Shown one piece after another: positions 20,753 through 31,543 of a stretch of 64,000 nucleotides of DNA. Numbering within the stretch: the stretch's first letter is position 1; each line of letters opens with the position of its first letter. Under the pieces are notes generated by a model. The model had not been told where the DNA came from. It ran no database searches and saw only the letters and a list, made by a program, of their open reading frames with translations. Position numbers and translations under genes: made by a program. The stretch spans positions 768,001 to 832,000 of the forward strand of contig CAVPLM010000005.1 in assembly GCA_963706025.1 (NCBI GenBank), read 5' to 3'. Origin of the DNA: an uncultured Actinomycetes bacterium (GTDB lineage: Bacteria; Actinomycetota; Thermoleophilia; RBG-16-64-13).

Positions 20753-21060
20753 GCCATGTACCCCCAGTCCTCGAGGCTTCGTGCGATGTGGGTGCTTGCG
20801 CCGCCGCCAGCGTAGGCGCCGGCGGACCAGTCATTCTAGTCTACATGCGCGGGATTGCGCAACCGCGGCACCGGTTCGGGGCGGCGCGGGCGGGCGGCGC
20901 GGGCGGGTGCGCGGGCGGCGCGGGCTCGCGGGCGGCGAGTTGCGGCCGGGATGTCGGACGGTCGCGCCGGGAACCCCGAGGCGACGGTCTCTGTGGCCAT
21001 GCGCCCCCCACCCCTGTCCCTGTCCGGCTCCGCTCCGCCCCGCGTGCTACCCTTCCCGCC

Positions 21061-21747
21061 ATGAGGAAACGCACTCGCAGGGCGCGGATCGTCATCTGGT
21101 CGTGCATCGCGCTCGCCGCGCTCGTTCTGTTGGCGGGGCTGGCGGTGCTGCTGCCGAACCTCATCATCACTCAGTCGGCCGACGACCACATCGTCCAGGA
21201 TCCTGAAGACGCGCCCTATGCTCAAGTGGCGATCGTCCTGGGGGCCAAGGTCTACGCGAGCGGCACCCCCGCCCCCATGCTGGCCGACCGGATCGATACC
21301 GCGATAGCGCTCTACAAACTGGACAAAGTGGACAAGATCCTACTGTCCGGCGATCACGGCCAGAAGACCTACGATGAAGTCAACGCCATGCTCGACTACG
21401 TGCGCGCACGCGGCGTTCCCGACGAAGACATCTTCACCGATCACGCCGGCTTCAGCACGTACGACACCATGTACCGGGCCCGAGATGTGTTCGAGGTGAC
21501 GGATGCGCTGGTCGTCACCCAGGAGTTCCATCTGGCGCGGGCGGTCTACACGGCCCGCGCCCTCGGACTGGAGGCCACCGGCGTCGTGGCCGACATCCAG
21601 CCCTATGCCAACGAGCGCCGTTTCGCCATGCGCGACTGGTTGGCCCGGGTGAAGGCCTTCGTCCAGTTGCACGTCACCAAGCCATTGCCTCGCTACCTCG
21701 GTCCTGTCATTCCCATAGACGGCGACGGCCGGGCCACGCGAGGCTAG
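21061..21747 (+). CDS. SanA/ElyC/YdcF (DUF218) family protein
   Basis: N-terminal TM, AIVLGA, LLSGDH, YDEV, DHAGFSTYDTMYRA, VTQEFHL.RA. Confidence 0.9.
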   Translation: MRKRTRRARIVIWSCIALAALVLLAGLAVLLPNLIITQSADDHIVQDPEDAPYAQVAIVLGAKVYASGTPAPMLADRIDTAIALYKLDKVDKILLSGDHGQKTYDEVNAMLDYVRARGVPDEDIFTDHAGFSTYDTMYRARDVFEVTDALVVTQEFHLARAVYTARALGLEATGVVADIQPYANERRFAMRDWLARVKAFVQLHVTKPLPRYLGPVIPIDGDGRATRG

Positions 21748-21801
21748 GCCGGTCCGAACGCCGGCGGCGGAGCTTCCAGCGTTGCTTCCGCTCTTCTTGC
21801 G

Positions 21802-24800
21802 CTATTTGATCCTGACGATGAGCACAGCGGCCTGAGCCCGAGTGAGGTTCGACAGAGGCATCAGGTGAATGCCGTCGCCGAGAACCACCCCGTGATAGAC
21901 CAGGTATGCGGAGTAGGGAGCGTGCACGGGCCCAACCTCCGAAGCGTCCGCGAACGGGGCCAGGACGGAGGCGCCCTCCTCCATGTACCAAGCGGCCACC
22001 GAGGGGTAGCTGCCGCTCTCGCCGGTGATATGACCGGTTGCGGCCAACTCCAGGTCAGAGAGATAGCGACCGAGAATGCTGTTCGCCTGCTGCCTGGTGA
22101 TCGTTTGGGACGGCCGGAATGTGCCGTCCGGGTAGCCGATCACAATGCGGGCTCCGGCTGCTCCTTCAATCCAAGCGTAGTAGAAATGGGTAGCCGGAAC
22201 ATCGCTGAAACTGGGCGTCGCAGGAGAGAGCGCGGGTAGTCCGAATCCATCCACGACCATCTTGGAGAACTGGGCTCGGCTAACGTCCAGAGCCGGCCGG
22301 AAGGTGCCATCGGGGTATCCATCCGCCACTGCGTCCACTTGCTCAGCGGTCACCCCATACATGTCCACCCACTGCTGATTGCTGATGTCGGTCCATCGAT
22401 CAGGAGCGACTGCGAACTCAGCCACAACGGTGAGATCCGCTCTCACATCGGTATCGGTACGCGAGGCGGTAGTAACCCCGTCACTCCAAACAACGAACCG
22501 GTAGCCTGGATCAGGCACAGCCGTGACCTCGGTTCCGTCCCGGCTCTGTCTGACAATCTGCACGCTTTCGCCTGCGATCGAACCGCCTTCACCGGCAACG
22601 TAGGTAAGAGTGTAGGTGGGCACAACCACGTCCGGCAGGAATAGTGCTCTCACACTCTTGTCGGCCAAAACGTCGGTGTCTATGCGCGAAGCGGTCGTCA
22701 ACCCATCAGTCCACTTGTAGAAGCGGTAGCCGGGCTCTGGAACGGCGGTGACCCTGGTGCCGTCCTCGCCGGGCTCAACGGTCTGCCGACTCGGCCCCGC
22801 GATGGAACCGCCTTTGCCGGCCTCGTAGATCAGAGTGTAGATGGCGGCCACGTCCGTCACGGTGATGGTGAGGGCCTGAGTGTCGCTCAAGGCCGGGGTG
22901 CCGTTGTCGGTCACCTGTATGGTCACCTCATAGACGTTGTCGGCACCCACGTCGGTGGGAGTCTCGAAGTCGGGAGGGCTGAGGAAGGTCAGGACCCCGC
23001 TGGAGCCGTCGAGGTGGAACTTGGCCTGATCGGCCCCGCCGATGATGCTGTAGGTGAGAGTCTGGCCGGCGTCGGGGTCGGTGGCGGTCGACCGTGGTCA
23101 CCGCCGTAGAGTTCTCGGCCACGGAGATGGCGGCGGCGGCCCCGCCCCCGTTGCTGGTGATGACGGGGGGCTGGTTTTCAACGGCGTCCGTCACGGTGAT
23201 GGTGAGGGCCTGAGTGTCGCTCAAGGCCGGGTGAGTCGTCCGTCACCTCATAGACGTTGTGGCACCCGTCGGTGGGAGTCTCGAAGTCGGAGGGCTGAGG
23301 AAGGTCAGGACCCCGCTGGAGCCGTCGAGGAACTGCGATGCTGCTGTCGTAGTGAGAGTCTGGCCGGCGTCGGGGTCGGTGGCCGATGGTCACCGCCGTA
23401 GAGTTCTCGGCCACGAGATGGCGGCGGTCGATGACGGAGGTGCCGTTGGCGGTGATGGTATCGTAGGTGAGGCCGACCGCGTCGGTGGCTCGCACCGTCA
23501 CGGTGGGAAGCGTATCGAGGGACGTGGCCCGAGCGGTGCCTGAGAGAGCTCGGTAAGGTCGCGGCCGTGCCGGGTCGGTGCCGCTCAGGGTCCCCACGAC
23601 GGCGTCGGCCCCGGCATTCTCGGGCACGCTGGTGTTGGAGAGAGCGATGTCGGTGGGGGCCTCGTTGACGTCGGTGACGGTGACGCTAATGATCTGCGCA
23701 TCGCTGTTGGAGCCGTCGCTCGCCTCTACTGTCAGCTCATAGACGTTGTCGGCACCCACGTCGGTGGGGTTCTCGAAGTCGGGAGGGCTGAGGAAGGTCA
23801 GGACCCCGCTGGAGCCGTCGAGGTGGAACCTGGCCTGATCGGCCCCGCCGATGATGCTGTAGGTGAGCTGGCCGGCGTCTGGGTCGGTGGCCGCGACCGT
23901 GGTCACCACGGTAGAGTTCTCGGCCACGGAGATGGCGGCGGCGGCCCCGCCCCCGTTGCTGGTGATGCTGGGAGGCTCGTCAACGTCGGTGACGGTGATG
24001 GTGAAGGTCTCGTCGTAGGTGAGGCCGACCGCGTCGGTGGCTCGCACCGTCACGGTATAGGAGGAAGCACCTCGTAATCGAAGGAGGCGGTGGCCCGAAG
24101 CGTGGCGCCAGAGATGTTGAAGAGGGCGTTGTCGGTAAGACCGGCCGGCAGGCTGAAGGTAAGGGTGGCGCTCTGGCCCACGTCCGGGTCGGTGCCGCTC
24201 AGGGTCCCCACGACGGCGTCGGCCCCGGCATTCTCGGGCACGCTGGTGTTGGAGAGAGCGATGTCGGTGGGGGACGCGTACGGCGTGAGCGAGAAGTCAT
24301 CCACGGCCAGGCCGTCATCGGCCCGGGGACAAGGTCGCTGTCTGCCCAGCGGATCCAGAAGGTGCCCCCGTTCGGGATGTTCAGGCCGGTGATGGTGAAG
24401 CTCAGAGCCGTCCGGTTTGAAGCTGCGTTGCCGTCCAGGGCCCCTACCGTGCCGGTGATCACCGGGCTGGAGAAATCGAGGCCGTTGTGGTCCGTCCAGG
24501 TTCCGGTGGAGAGACTGGTCGCATCCGTGCTTAGTTGGAAGTCGAGCCGGTCCGCCGCTCGGCCGGCCGTGTTCTGGCCCAGGCGCCACTGCTCGCCCGT
24601 ATACGAGATCACCAGCGCCTGGATCGTCGACCCCGTGTTGTTGGTGAACTGGGCCCCGATGACGGGGGTGAGAGCGTTGCTGAGCAGGCAGCCAAACGCC
24701 CGCTCGGAACCGCTGGACACTCCGTAGCTGTAGGTGTCGCCGATGCTGCTTAGAGCCGGTGTCTGCACGATAGGCGGTGTTCACATAGGTGGAGGTGCCC

Positions 24801-25950
24801 GTCTCGAGGAAATACCACCCCAGAGGCACCGTGCCGCTGGATCCGCTTTGGGCGAGAGTGTCGAAATCCTGCGCGTAGGGACTGCCGGCAACACTCAGGG
24901 TTACGCTGCCGGCGGGAGGGTCGTCGACGTCGGTGACGGTGATGGTGAAGGTCTCGTCGTAGGTGAGGCCGACCGCGTCGGTGGCTCTCACCGTAACGGC
25001 TGTAGGAGGAAGCGACCTCGTAATCGAAGGAGGCGTTGGCCCGTAGCGTGGCGCCTGAGATGTTGAAGAGGGCGTTGTCGGAAAGACCGGCCGGCAGGCT
25101 GAAGGTAAGGGTGGCGCTCTGGCCCACGTCCGGGTCGGTGCCGCTCAGGGTCCCCACGACGGCGTCGGCCCCGGCGTTCTCGGCCACGCTGGTGTTGGAG
25201 AGGGCGATGTCGGTGGGGGACGTGTACGGCGTGAGCGAGAAGTCATCCACGGCCAGACCATCATCGGCACCGGGAACGAGGTCGCTGTCCGCCCAGCGGA
25301 TCCAGAAGGTGCCCCCGTTCGGGATACTCAAGCCGGTGATGGTGAAGCTCAGGGCCGTCCGGTTCGAAGCGGCGTTGCCGTTCAGGGCCCCCACCGTGCC
25401 GGTGATCACCGGGCTGGAGAAATCGAGGCCGTTGTAGTCCGATCCAGGTTCCGGTGGGCAGGGAGACTGGTCGCGTCCGTGCTTAGCTGGAAGTCGAGCC
25501 GGTCCGCCGCCCGTCCGGCCGTGTTCTGCCCCAGGCGCCATTGCTCGCCCGTGTAAGAGATCGCGAGCGACTGATGACGCCGCCGCGTGTTGTTGGTGAA
25601 CTGGGCCCCGATGCGAGGGACGAGGGTGCCACTGAGCAGGCCGCCAAACGCGCGTTCCGTAGTACCGGCGGCTCCGTAGCTGTAGGTGTCGCCGGTGTTG
25701 CTCGAGCCCGTTCCCGCCGTGTAGGTGGTGTTCGCATTGGTGCCCGTCTCGAAGAAATCCCAACCAGAGGCACCGCCGTGTTCGACGTCCCGGTTGAGGC
25801 GAGGGTGTCGAAATCCTGCGGGTAGGTGCCGCCGGCAACATTCAGGGCTTACGCTGCCGGCAGCCTGGGCCTCGCCGTGCATCCCCCCAAGGACATCAAC
25901 AGTGCGAGGGTGACCATGACCAAAGCCACCCGATAAGGTTGGGACTTCAT
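21802..25950 (-). CDS. Large secreted surface protein: two beta-rich domains, cadherin-like repeats, two InlB B-repeat-like domains and C-terminal SLH domains; many apparent frameshifts
   Basis: Signal peptide MKSQPYRVALVMVTLALLMSLGG..AQA; PTDIALS...ENA...VGTLSGTDPD and PDFE.PTD.GADNVYEV cadherin motifs; VTAVPEPGYRF..W; GYPDGTFRP...SRAQ SLH motifs. Confidence 0.8.
24003..25870. repeat. Internal ~944-bp tandem duplication within the surface-protein gene
   Basis: gaaggtctcgtcgtaggtgaggccgaccgcgtcggtggct at about 24003 and 24947; ctcagggtccccacgacggcgtcggcccc at about 24199 and 25144; the translated domains are near-identical. Confidence 0.85.
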
Positions 25951-26216
25951 CACTGATGCCTCCTGCCCTCCGGTCGCCCAGACGTCTTGTTCGGGTCTGG
26001 CGCGTCCACATCCAACAGTCTCGGGGCGAAACGAACTCGAGTGAAGCAGGAGAGGGCCATTGGAGCGTCTTTCCGCGACCACGCCGCGTCCGCCGTGGTC
26101 TCTACGGCGCTTTCCCCCATCGCGCCCCTCTGCTTGAGATCTTACCGGAGGGTAGCCCCTTCCGGCAGACCCTCCAGTGGGATTCATAGGTCATTCAGCG
26201 GACGAGGAATCCTCTC

Positions 26217-27515
26217 CTACCAGAGTCCGACAGTGAGAGTGATCGAGGCCGCTATCCTCTGCAAAGCCGCCCCGTATTCGGAGCCCACGGCCCATTTGCC
26301 GCTCAACTCGTTCACCGTGCGCACGTTCCCCTTGTGAGGACTGCCGTTGTCCTGCACGAAGTGGCGCGGGTCTCCGGGAGTGGTTATGGGCCCACCTGCC
26401 GGCTGCTCCACTTTCACGCAGTAAGGATCGGAGATGTGCCCTGGATAGACGTACCACGCCAGATGCGCATACTGGGCGATCACGCCCAGCTCAGCGGTGG
26501 CGAACGAGTTGCCCTGCACTCCGGGGCCGGTGGCTCCGATACCGGCCATGTTGTTCTGCTCGGGCAGCACCACCCCGCCATACTGGCCGTATCCGGTCTC
26601 GTGGATCATTTGCGCCCAGGCCATGTCGGCCCTGATGCCGAAACGCTTGCCGTAGACGACGTAAAGCTTGGCCAGAGCATCGAGCGAGATCGAGAACTTA
26701 CCGTCATTCCCCCCGGTTTGCTGCCTGAAGTAGCGCACCAGATCGCTGGAGTCGCCCAGGAAGCGTCCGTTGAGCCCGGCCTGATCGGTACCCATGATAT
26801 TGAACAGGAGCGCCGCCGCCTCCGCCCGGGTGGCTGCGCGCAGGGGCGAGATCGACTTGAGCGCCGTTCCCGGAGGTGCCAGCTCCCGCAGCAGGCCGTT
26901 GTACTGCGCTACTCGGGCGATCACGGCGTGCACCGGGCTGAAATTGCCCCAGGCCGACTTGTAGGAAGCCGGGGGTACGATCAAGGGGCGCATCGTCGCC
27001 CGGGTACCCATGGTCACCAGCTGGGCCATGGTGACGGAAGCGTCGGGCTTGAACACCGGACCTTTGCTTCCCGGATAGCCGGTGACGATGCCCTCCCGGG
27101 CGGCGGCCGCCACGTAGTTATCGGGGTAGAGTTCGAGGTCCGTGCTCTTCTTCACGTCCCCGAAAGGACACTTGTCGTCCTCGCTCACAGGGAGGCGCAT
27201 GGCCAGGATGACCATCTTGGCGAGCTGGGCCCGGGTAACTTTTGCGTTCGGACGGAAAGTCCCGTCCGAGTAACCGTTTATGATCCCTAGTTGGGCAAGG
27301 GTCTCGATCTGCACCCGGTAGGGGTTCGACGCTGAGACGTCCTTGAAGCCGGCCGCCTGGGCGCCGGCGATCCGCGGCTGGAAGAGCATAACGGCGAGGA
27401 CAACCACCAGCACCAGGGCGCACAGGCCCAGTACTCTCAGGGACATGAACTCCGGGAACCTGGACTTCGAGGAGGTCGACTCTGCGGAGTCAGACGAGAA
27501 GGAGATAGCTTTCAT
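26217..27515 (-). CDS. SLH-domain peptidoglycan hydrolase (glucosaminidase/GH73-like); start uncertain
   Basis: Signal/TM segment, SLH motifs GYSDGTFRPNAKVTRAQ, catalytic-type AWAQMIHETGY and QNNMAGIGA. Confidence 0.8.
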   Translation of the reverse strand: MKAISFSSDSAESTSSKSRFPEFMSLRVLGLCALVLVVVLAVMLFQPRIAGAQAAGFKDVSASNPYRVQIETLAQLGIINGYSDGTFRPNAKVTRAQLAKMVILAMRLPVSEDDKCPFGDVKKSTDLELYPDNYVAAAAREGIVTGYPGSKGPVFKPDASVTMAQLVTMGTRATMRPLIVPPASYKSAWGNFSPVHAVIARVAQYNGLLRELAPPGTALKSISPLRAATRAEAAALLFNIMGTDQAGLNGRFLGDSSDLVRYFRQQTGGNDGKFSISLDALAKLYVVYGKRFGIRADMAWAQMIHETGYGQYGGVVLPEQNNMAGIGATGPGVQGNSFATAELGVIAQYAHLAWYVYPGHISDPYCVKVEQPAGGPITTPGDPRHFVQDNGSPHKGNVRTVNELSGKWAVGSEYGAALQRIAASITLTVGLW

Positions 27516-27678
27516 GGTCGGGAAGGATACCAGCATATGTCACCCCGGGCCTGTTCTGGGTCCGCCCCCGCTGCACCAAGACATCCGGCCGGCAAGGGAC
27601 CACGACCCTCTTCATCAACCTCTATACTTTCCCGCCGAAGGCCTCGAGCCCTCCAAATCCATCGACAGGAGCCACCTG

Positions 27679-28422
27679 GTGACCCGACGGATCACTACCC
27701 TGACGTTCGACTTCTGGAACACGCTCTACTCCGCCGACGGCGGAGCCATGGACGTGGTCCGCCCGCGGAGACTGGATACACTGCGAAGGATGCTGCGCGG
27801 TTTCGGTCTCGATCCGTCGGACGACCAGATGCTGGAAGCCTACCGTTCAGGTTTCGACGCCTACATGGCGGCGTGGACACAGGGGCTGCACTTTGGAGCT
27901 CACGATCAGGTCGCGCACATCTTGAACCGGTTCGATCTGGTGCCCGGCCCCGAGGATGAAGGACTTCTCGTCGAGACCGCGCTGGAGATCGAAGAAGCTT
28001 CGCTACTGGCCCCCCTTGAGCCGCTTCCCGGTGTGCTCGAGACGGTCCCGGCGCTGGCGAGTGCGGGCTACCGGCTTGGGCTCATCTCCGATACCAGTCT
28101 GACCCCGGGGCGGATACTGAAAAGGCTGTTGGCCGGTGACGGACTGCTCGCGCACTTCGAAGCCCTCACCTTCTCCGACGAGACCGGCTACACGAAGCCC
28201 GACCCGCGCATGTTTGAGCAGACACTGGCGCCGCTCGGGGCGGGGCCGGCCGAGGCGGCCCACGTGGGTGACACCCCCCGTACCGATATCGCCGGGGCGA
28301 AAGACCTGGGCATGGTGGCCATCCGCTGTGCGGGGGCCGTCGACCACCCGGAGCCTCCCGAAGCCGATTTCGTCATCAGAGATCACAGGGAGCTCTCGGC
28401 TATCCTCGAGCGCCTGGGCTAG
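27679..28422 (+). CDS. HAD-superfamily hydrolase
   Basis: TFDFWNTL, GLISDT, KPDPRMF, HVGDTPRTDIAGA; AGGAG before the GTG at 27679. Confidence 0.9.
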   Translation: MTRRITTLTFDFWNTLYSADGGAMDVVRPRRLDTLRRMLRGFGLDPSDDQMLEAYRSGFDAYMAAWTQGLHFGAHDQVAHILNRFDLVPGPEDEGLLVETALEIEEASLLAPLEPLPGVLETVPALASAGYRLGLISDTSLTPGRILKRLLAGDGLLAHFEALTFSDETGYTKPDPRMFEQTLAPLGAGPAEAAHVGDTPRTDIAGAKDLGMVAIRCAGAVDHPEPPEADFVIRDHRELSAILERLG

Positions 28423-28522
28423 GCAGATCGCTCGGGGCCTAAACGAACCGTATTCGAGCCGCGACGTCTCTGAAGAAGCTCCTCGACCAGAGTTCGAGAG
28501 AGGCGGGATCCTGATTCTTGCA

Positions 28523-28551
28523 TAGTATGTCGAGTATTAGTCGACATACTA
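28523..28551. repeat. AT-rich near-perfect 29-bp palindrome between convergent genes
   Basis: TAGTATGTCGA-GTATTAG-TCGACATACTA (perfect 11-bp arms; 14-bp arms with one mismatch). Confidence 0.85.
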
Positions 28552-28634
28552 CGTCTAATTATTAATCATTGCTGTTGCGACGGCGCCGCCGCGGCGACTT
28601 ATACTGCCCAACGGCCCGACGGCCTCCCCCCTGA

Positions 28635-29915
28635 TCACGCCGCCAGTCGGTCCCCGCCGCGCGGCTCCGGCACAAAGGTGAGCATGAGCACACCCGCCAA
28701 GACCGCGGCAGCCGCTCCCACCCAGAACGGCGCGGACGGGGACACCCGGTCGTACAGCACACCGGCGATGACGCTGGCCGGCAGAGCCGCCAGCCCCAAC
28801 ACCATGTGGTAGGCGCCGAAGGCGCTGCCGCGGCGCTGCTTCGTCGAGAACTCGGCCAGCAGGGCCCGGCCGTTCCCGTCTGCGATGGCCATGTAGACCC
28901 CGTAGACCACGAACACCCCCCACACCGCCGCCTGTGACTGCGCTGTCGCCATCCAGGCGTAGGCGACAGCAAAGACGGCGAACCCGAGGAGGGCTACCTT
29001 GCGCCGTCCGATCCGATCGGACAAGAGGCCGGCCGGGACCGACAACGAGGAGTAGACCAGGTTGAAGACCAGATAGAGCACGGGGATCATGACCGTCGCG
29101 ACCTGCAGATCCTGGGCCCGCAGTATCAGGAAGGCGTCCGACGAGTTCCCAAGAGAGAAGACGGCGGTGACGAAGAGGTACGCCGCCAGCGGCCCGCGTA
29201 TGCCCCCCGGGCGCGCGGCCTTTCCGCGCGACGTGGGCGGGACGTCGTCCGACCCTCCCGCCTCTCCCGCCCGACGCCTGCGATCGTGGATGAAGAACGC
29301 GATGACGGCCACGCATATGACTCCGGGTATGATCGAGATCCAGAAGACGGTCCGGTAGTCTTCCGGCCTCATCCACAGCACGACAAAGGCGATGGCCGGT
29401 CCTATGACTGCCCCGAATTGGTCCATCGCCCGGTGATAGCCGAACGAGCGTCCCAGCTCCCGCTTGTCGGTCGAGTCCGCCACGATCGCGTCCCGGGGGG
29501 CGGTCCGCACCCCTTTTCCGAAGCGGTCGATGAAACGCGCGGCGAGAACCATCCCCCACCCCCCGGACAGAGCCAGCAAGGGACGGCTGAGAGTGGAGAG
29601 GCTGTAGCCGAAGAGCATCAAGGGCTTTCGCCGGCCCAGCCTGTCGCTAAGCCAACCGGCGAACAGCTTGACCAGGCTGGCTGTGGTCTCGGCGATGCCT
29701 TCGATCACCCCTATCAGGGTCTTGTTGACCCCCAGGACCGAGGAAAGGAAGATCGGGACGAGCGAATAGACCATCTCGGAGCTCACGTCCATGAAGAACG
29801 ACGCGACCCCGGCGAAGAAGACGTTGCGATCGAGCCCCCAGATCTTGCCCCGGGGAGCAGGCTCGAGCGCGGGGCCTGCAGACCCGCTGGACGGGCCGAG
29901 CGGCTCTTGGCTCAA
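28635..29915 (-). CDS. MFS transporter
   Basis: About 12 TM segments, GWLSDRLGRRK and GLLSDRIGRRK motif A, GKGVRTAPRDA. Confidence 0.93.
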   Translation of the reverse strand: MSQEPLGPSSGSAGPALEPAPRGKIWGLDRNVFFAGVASFFMDVSSEMVYSLVPIFLSSVLGVNKTLIGVIEGIAETTASLVKLFAGWLSDRLGRRKPLMLFGYSLSTLSRPLLALSGGWGMVLAARFIDRFGKGVRTAPRDAIVADSTDKRELGRSFGYHRAMDQFGAVIGPAIAFVVLWMRPEDYRTVFWISIIPGVICVAVIAFFIHDRRRRAGEAGGSDDVPPTSRGKAARPGGIRGPLAAYLFVTAVFSLGNSSDAFLILRAQDLQVATVMIPVLYLVFNLVYSSLSVPAGLLSDRIGRRKVALLGFAVFAVAYAWMATAQSQAAVWGVFVVYGVYMAIADGNGRALLAEFSTKQRRGSAFGAYHMVLGLAALPASVIAGVLYDRVSPSAPFWVGAAAAVLAGVLMLTFVPEPRGGDRLAA

Positions 29916-30751
29916 CTAGGATTGCTCCCCGGCGACCCGCGGTCGAACATCAAGCCTGAGTTGACGTCAGACTCGTCCAGCTTGCTCACGACTGCCTCCC
30001 GAATAGCGGCCGCCATGGTCACCGCTTCTCCCTGAGTAGAGGCCCAGGCCATCAGACGCACCGACACCCCGTTGCCGTCCGCATCTACCACCTGCACTAC
30101 GGGCTCCGGCTCGGGAAGGGACGAAGGATGGTTCCTGGCAGCGTCCAGGAGAAGCGACCGTACCGCCTCGAGGTCCGCGCTGTAGCTCAACCGCAGTATC
30201 ACTATCGCGGCGGAATTGGGGTCGACGAGTGTGAAGTTTTGAATGAACCGGTCGGATAGCAGCTTGTTGGGTATCAGCAAGTGCCTGTTGTCCACCATCC
30301 TGATGGTCGTGTAGAACAATCCGATGGAGACCACCGTGCCGGCTTGGCCGTCTATGCTGACGCTGTCAAGGAGCCGCACAGGTTGAACGAAGGCGATGAT
30401 GATCCCCGAGATTAGGTTCGAAAAGACCGTCTGAGCGGCGAAGCCTATGGCGATCCCGGTCACCCCCGCGGTGGCGAACATCCATGTGGACACCTTCTTC
30501 AGCGTCTCCACATCCAGGATCCAAAACGCTATCCCGAAGGCGATGAAGTAAACCGCGACCATGCTGAGGCGCGCGATCATCCTGAATCTGGTCTCGGCCC
30601 CGGGGTCCTTGGTGGCGAGGTCGTATCGCTGGGAGAAAAGGCGGATGGAGCGCCGGATGAGCCGGTTGATAAGCCAGGCGGCTACCAGCACCGCGATCGC
30701 GATGCCGACCCTGACCCAAAGCTCGGTATCCTGTATCTGCAAATCGTCCAT
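29912..30751 (-). CDS. mscS: Small-conductance mechanosensitive channel family protein
   Basis: GIAIGFAAQ..SNLISG, GTVVSIGLFYTTIR, IPNK. Confidence 0.88.
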   Translation of the reverse strand: MDDLQIQDTELWVRVGIAIAVLVAAWLINRLIRRSIRLFSQRYDLATKDPGAETRFRMIARLSMVAVYFIAFGIAFWILDVETLKKVSTWMFATAGVTGIAIGFAAQTVFSNLISGIIIAFVQPVRLLDSVSIDGQAGTVVSIGLFYTTIRMVDNRHLLIPNKLLSDRFIQNFTLVDPNSAAIVILRLSYSADLEAVRSLLLDAARNHPSSLPEPEPVVQVVDADGNGVSVRLMAWASTQGEAVTMAAAIREAVVSKLDESDVNSGLMFDRGSPGSNPS

Positions 30752-30906
30752 GGTTCGAGCTCAACTATAGCGCGCGGATGGCGAGATGCGGGACTGCCGG
30801 GGCCCACGACACTGGCCACCACGAGCCGGCCCCCGTTGGCCCCGCGCATAGCCCAGGGCCCAACGGGGGAAGATAGGGACGCGGGCCCAATGCTGGAGTC
30901 GGAGGT

Positions 30907-31539
30907 ATGACAGTGCCTGAAGATCCCGAAGCGGCGCTGCGCGAATACCGCAGCCGTCGCGACTTCTTGCGCACCGGGGAGCCGGCCGGTGGTGAGGCGG
31001 GCGAGGCGGCGCAGGCAACCGAACGGCCTGTGTTCGTGGTGCAGAAACACGCCGCGTCCAGTCTGCATTACGATCTGAGGTTGGAGTCGGGAGGCGTTCT
31101 CAAATCCTGGGCCGTTCCCAAGGGACCCTCCCTAGACCCGGCCGACAAGCGTTTGGCGGTCATGACCGAGGACCACCCCTTGGAATACGCGGCCTTTGAG
31201 GGGACCATCCCCGAGGGGGAGTACGGGGCCGGCACGGTCATGCTATGGGACTTCGGCTGGTGGGAGCCGGACACAGCCTGGATGAAAGAGGCGAAAGGCG
31301 GCGCCGGGGAGCCGGTCGAGCCCGAGGCGGCGCTGGCCCACGGCGAGCTCAAGTTCATCATCCACGGGCAGAAGCTCACCGGCAGCTGGGCGCTGGTGCA
31401 GATGAAGGGCCGGGGCGAGAAGAACTGGCTGCTCATCAAACACCGCGACGCCGCGGCCAGGTCGGGGTCGAGCGTCACCGAGGACGCTCCGGACTCGGTG
31501 GCCTCCGGCCGGTCCCTGGGCGAGATCGCGGCGGGCTAG
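30907..31539 (+). CDS. Stand-alone LigD 3'-phosphoesterase (PE) domain protein
   Basis: YRSRRDF..T.EP, FVVQKHAASSLHYDLRLE, SWAVPKGPS, EDHPLEY..FEG.IP..EYGAG.V.LWD. Confidence 0.92.
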   Translation: MTVPEDPEAALREYRSRRDFLRTGEPAGGEAGEAAQATERPVFVVQKHAASSLHYDLRLESGGVLKSWAVPKGPSLDPADKRLAVMTEDHPLEYAAFEGTIPEGEYGAGTVMLWDFGWWEPDTAWMKEAKGGAGEPVEPEAALAHGELKFIIHGQKLTGSWALVQMKGRGEKNWLLIKHRDAAARSGSSVTEDAPDSVASGRSLGEIAAG

Positions 31540-31543
31540 GCCG

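Noticed and set aside
23225-23575. Shredded mosaic of cadherin-repeat fragments suggesting a diversifying mechanism
   Set aside because: It looks like a collapsed or mis-polished consensus of neighbouring repeats. No reverse transcriptase or recombinase is nearby, and the changes are deletions, not A-specific substitutions.
28508-28563. Calling the palindrome a canonical dif site
   Set aside because: Only an XerD-like arm is recognisable, with no XerC-like arm at 6-bp spacing. Kept as an unexplained palindrome.
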